DNA from: Eledone cirrhosa
Lineage: Eukaryota
Reading direction: 5' to 3'
Length of the DNA stretch: 64,000 nt
Assembly (NCBI GenBank): GCA_964016885.1
Contig: OZ024742.1
Span: forward strand, 232,686,001-232,750,000
Program-made: the position numbers and the translations under genes
Notes under the pieces: model-generated
What the model saw: only the letters and a program-made list of their open reading frames with translations
The model's database searches: none
Told to the model about the DNA's origin: nothing
Part shown: positions 63,699-64,000 of the stretch, in pieces
Position numbering within the stretch: the first letter of the stretch is position 1
How the letters are laid out: each line of letters opens with the position of its first letter

Positions 63699-64000
63699 CT
63701 GTTAAGTAGATAAAATACAATAATTGAATTTGTTACTAATATTGGAGAATTTTGTATCATGTTATTACATACTCCAACTATACAGTCAAAACAGAATAAT
63801 GTATACTTTTCTTTTCATACCTAAATCTTATAACAATTTTTCACATTTATTTGATGAATTCTTCTTTTTATAATTAGCAGTGATTTATATAATTACCAAA
63901 ATTTTCTGTTTGTTTTATTATATGTGTCAGTACTGATTCATATTTTCAACACTTACTATTATTAAATATTTATTCACATCAGAGAATTTTGCCACCCACG

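Noticed and set aside
63699-63760. ATG start of the 338-aa ORF
   Set aside because: Lies upstream of a good splice acceptor in AT-rich sequence; more likely intron read-through

Overview
AT-rich, repeat-dense animal genomic DNA; the repeat repertoire (RTE LINEs with (GAT)n tails, CORE-type tRNA SINEs, (TA)n microsatellites) suggests an octopus/coleoid cephalopod, which is an inference. Most of the window is nested transposon debris: RTE LINEs of at least four subfamilies (one with an uninterrupted 1000-codon EN-RT frame), Penelope-like elements including two Naiad-type copies, Tc1/mariner, hAT, Gypsy, Helitron and TTAA MITEs. Two host genes are visible on the minus strand. One is the last exon of a SOCS-box protein (62744-63698). 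The other is a 7-exon gene missed entirely by the ORF track (47963->26614), assembled by hand from GT-AG exons whose phases all match; it encodes a 149-aa protein with signal peptide, six Cys, a Thr/Ser stalk and a GPI-like tail. The second notable signal is about ten hammerhead-ribozyme-like motifs, many with variant cores. Several lie in small fold-back elements inserted in (TA)n that share a tail motif. All calls are by eye; no database search or folding program was run, and many repeat boundaries are approximate.
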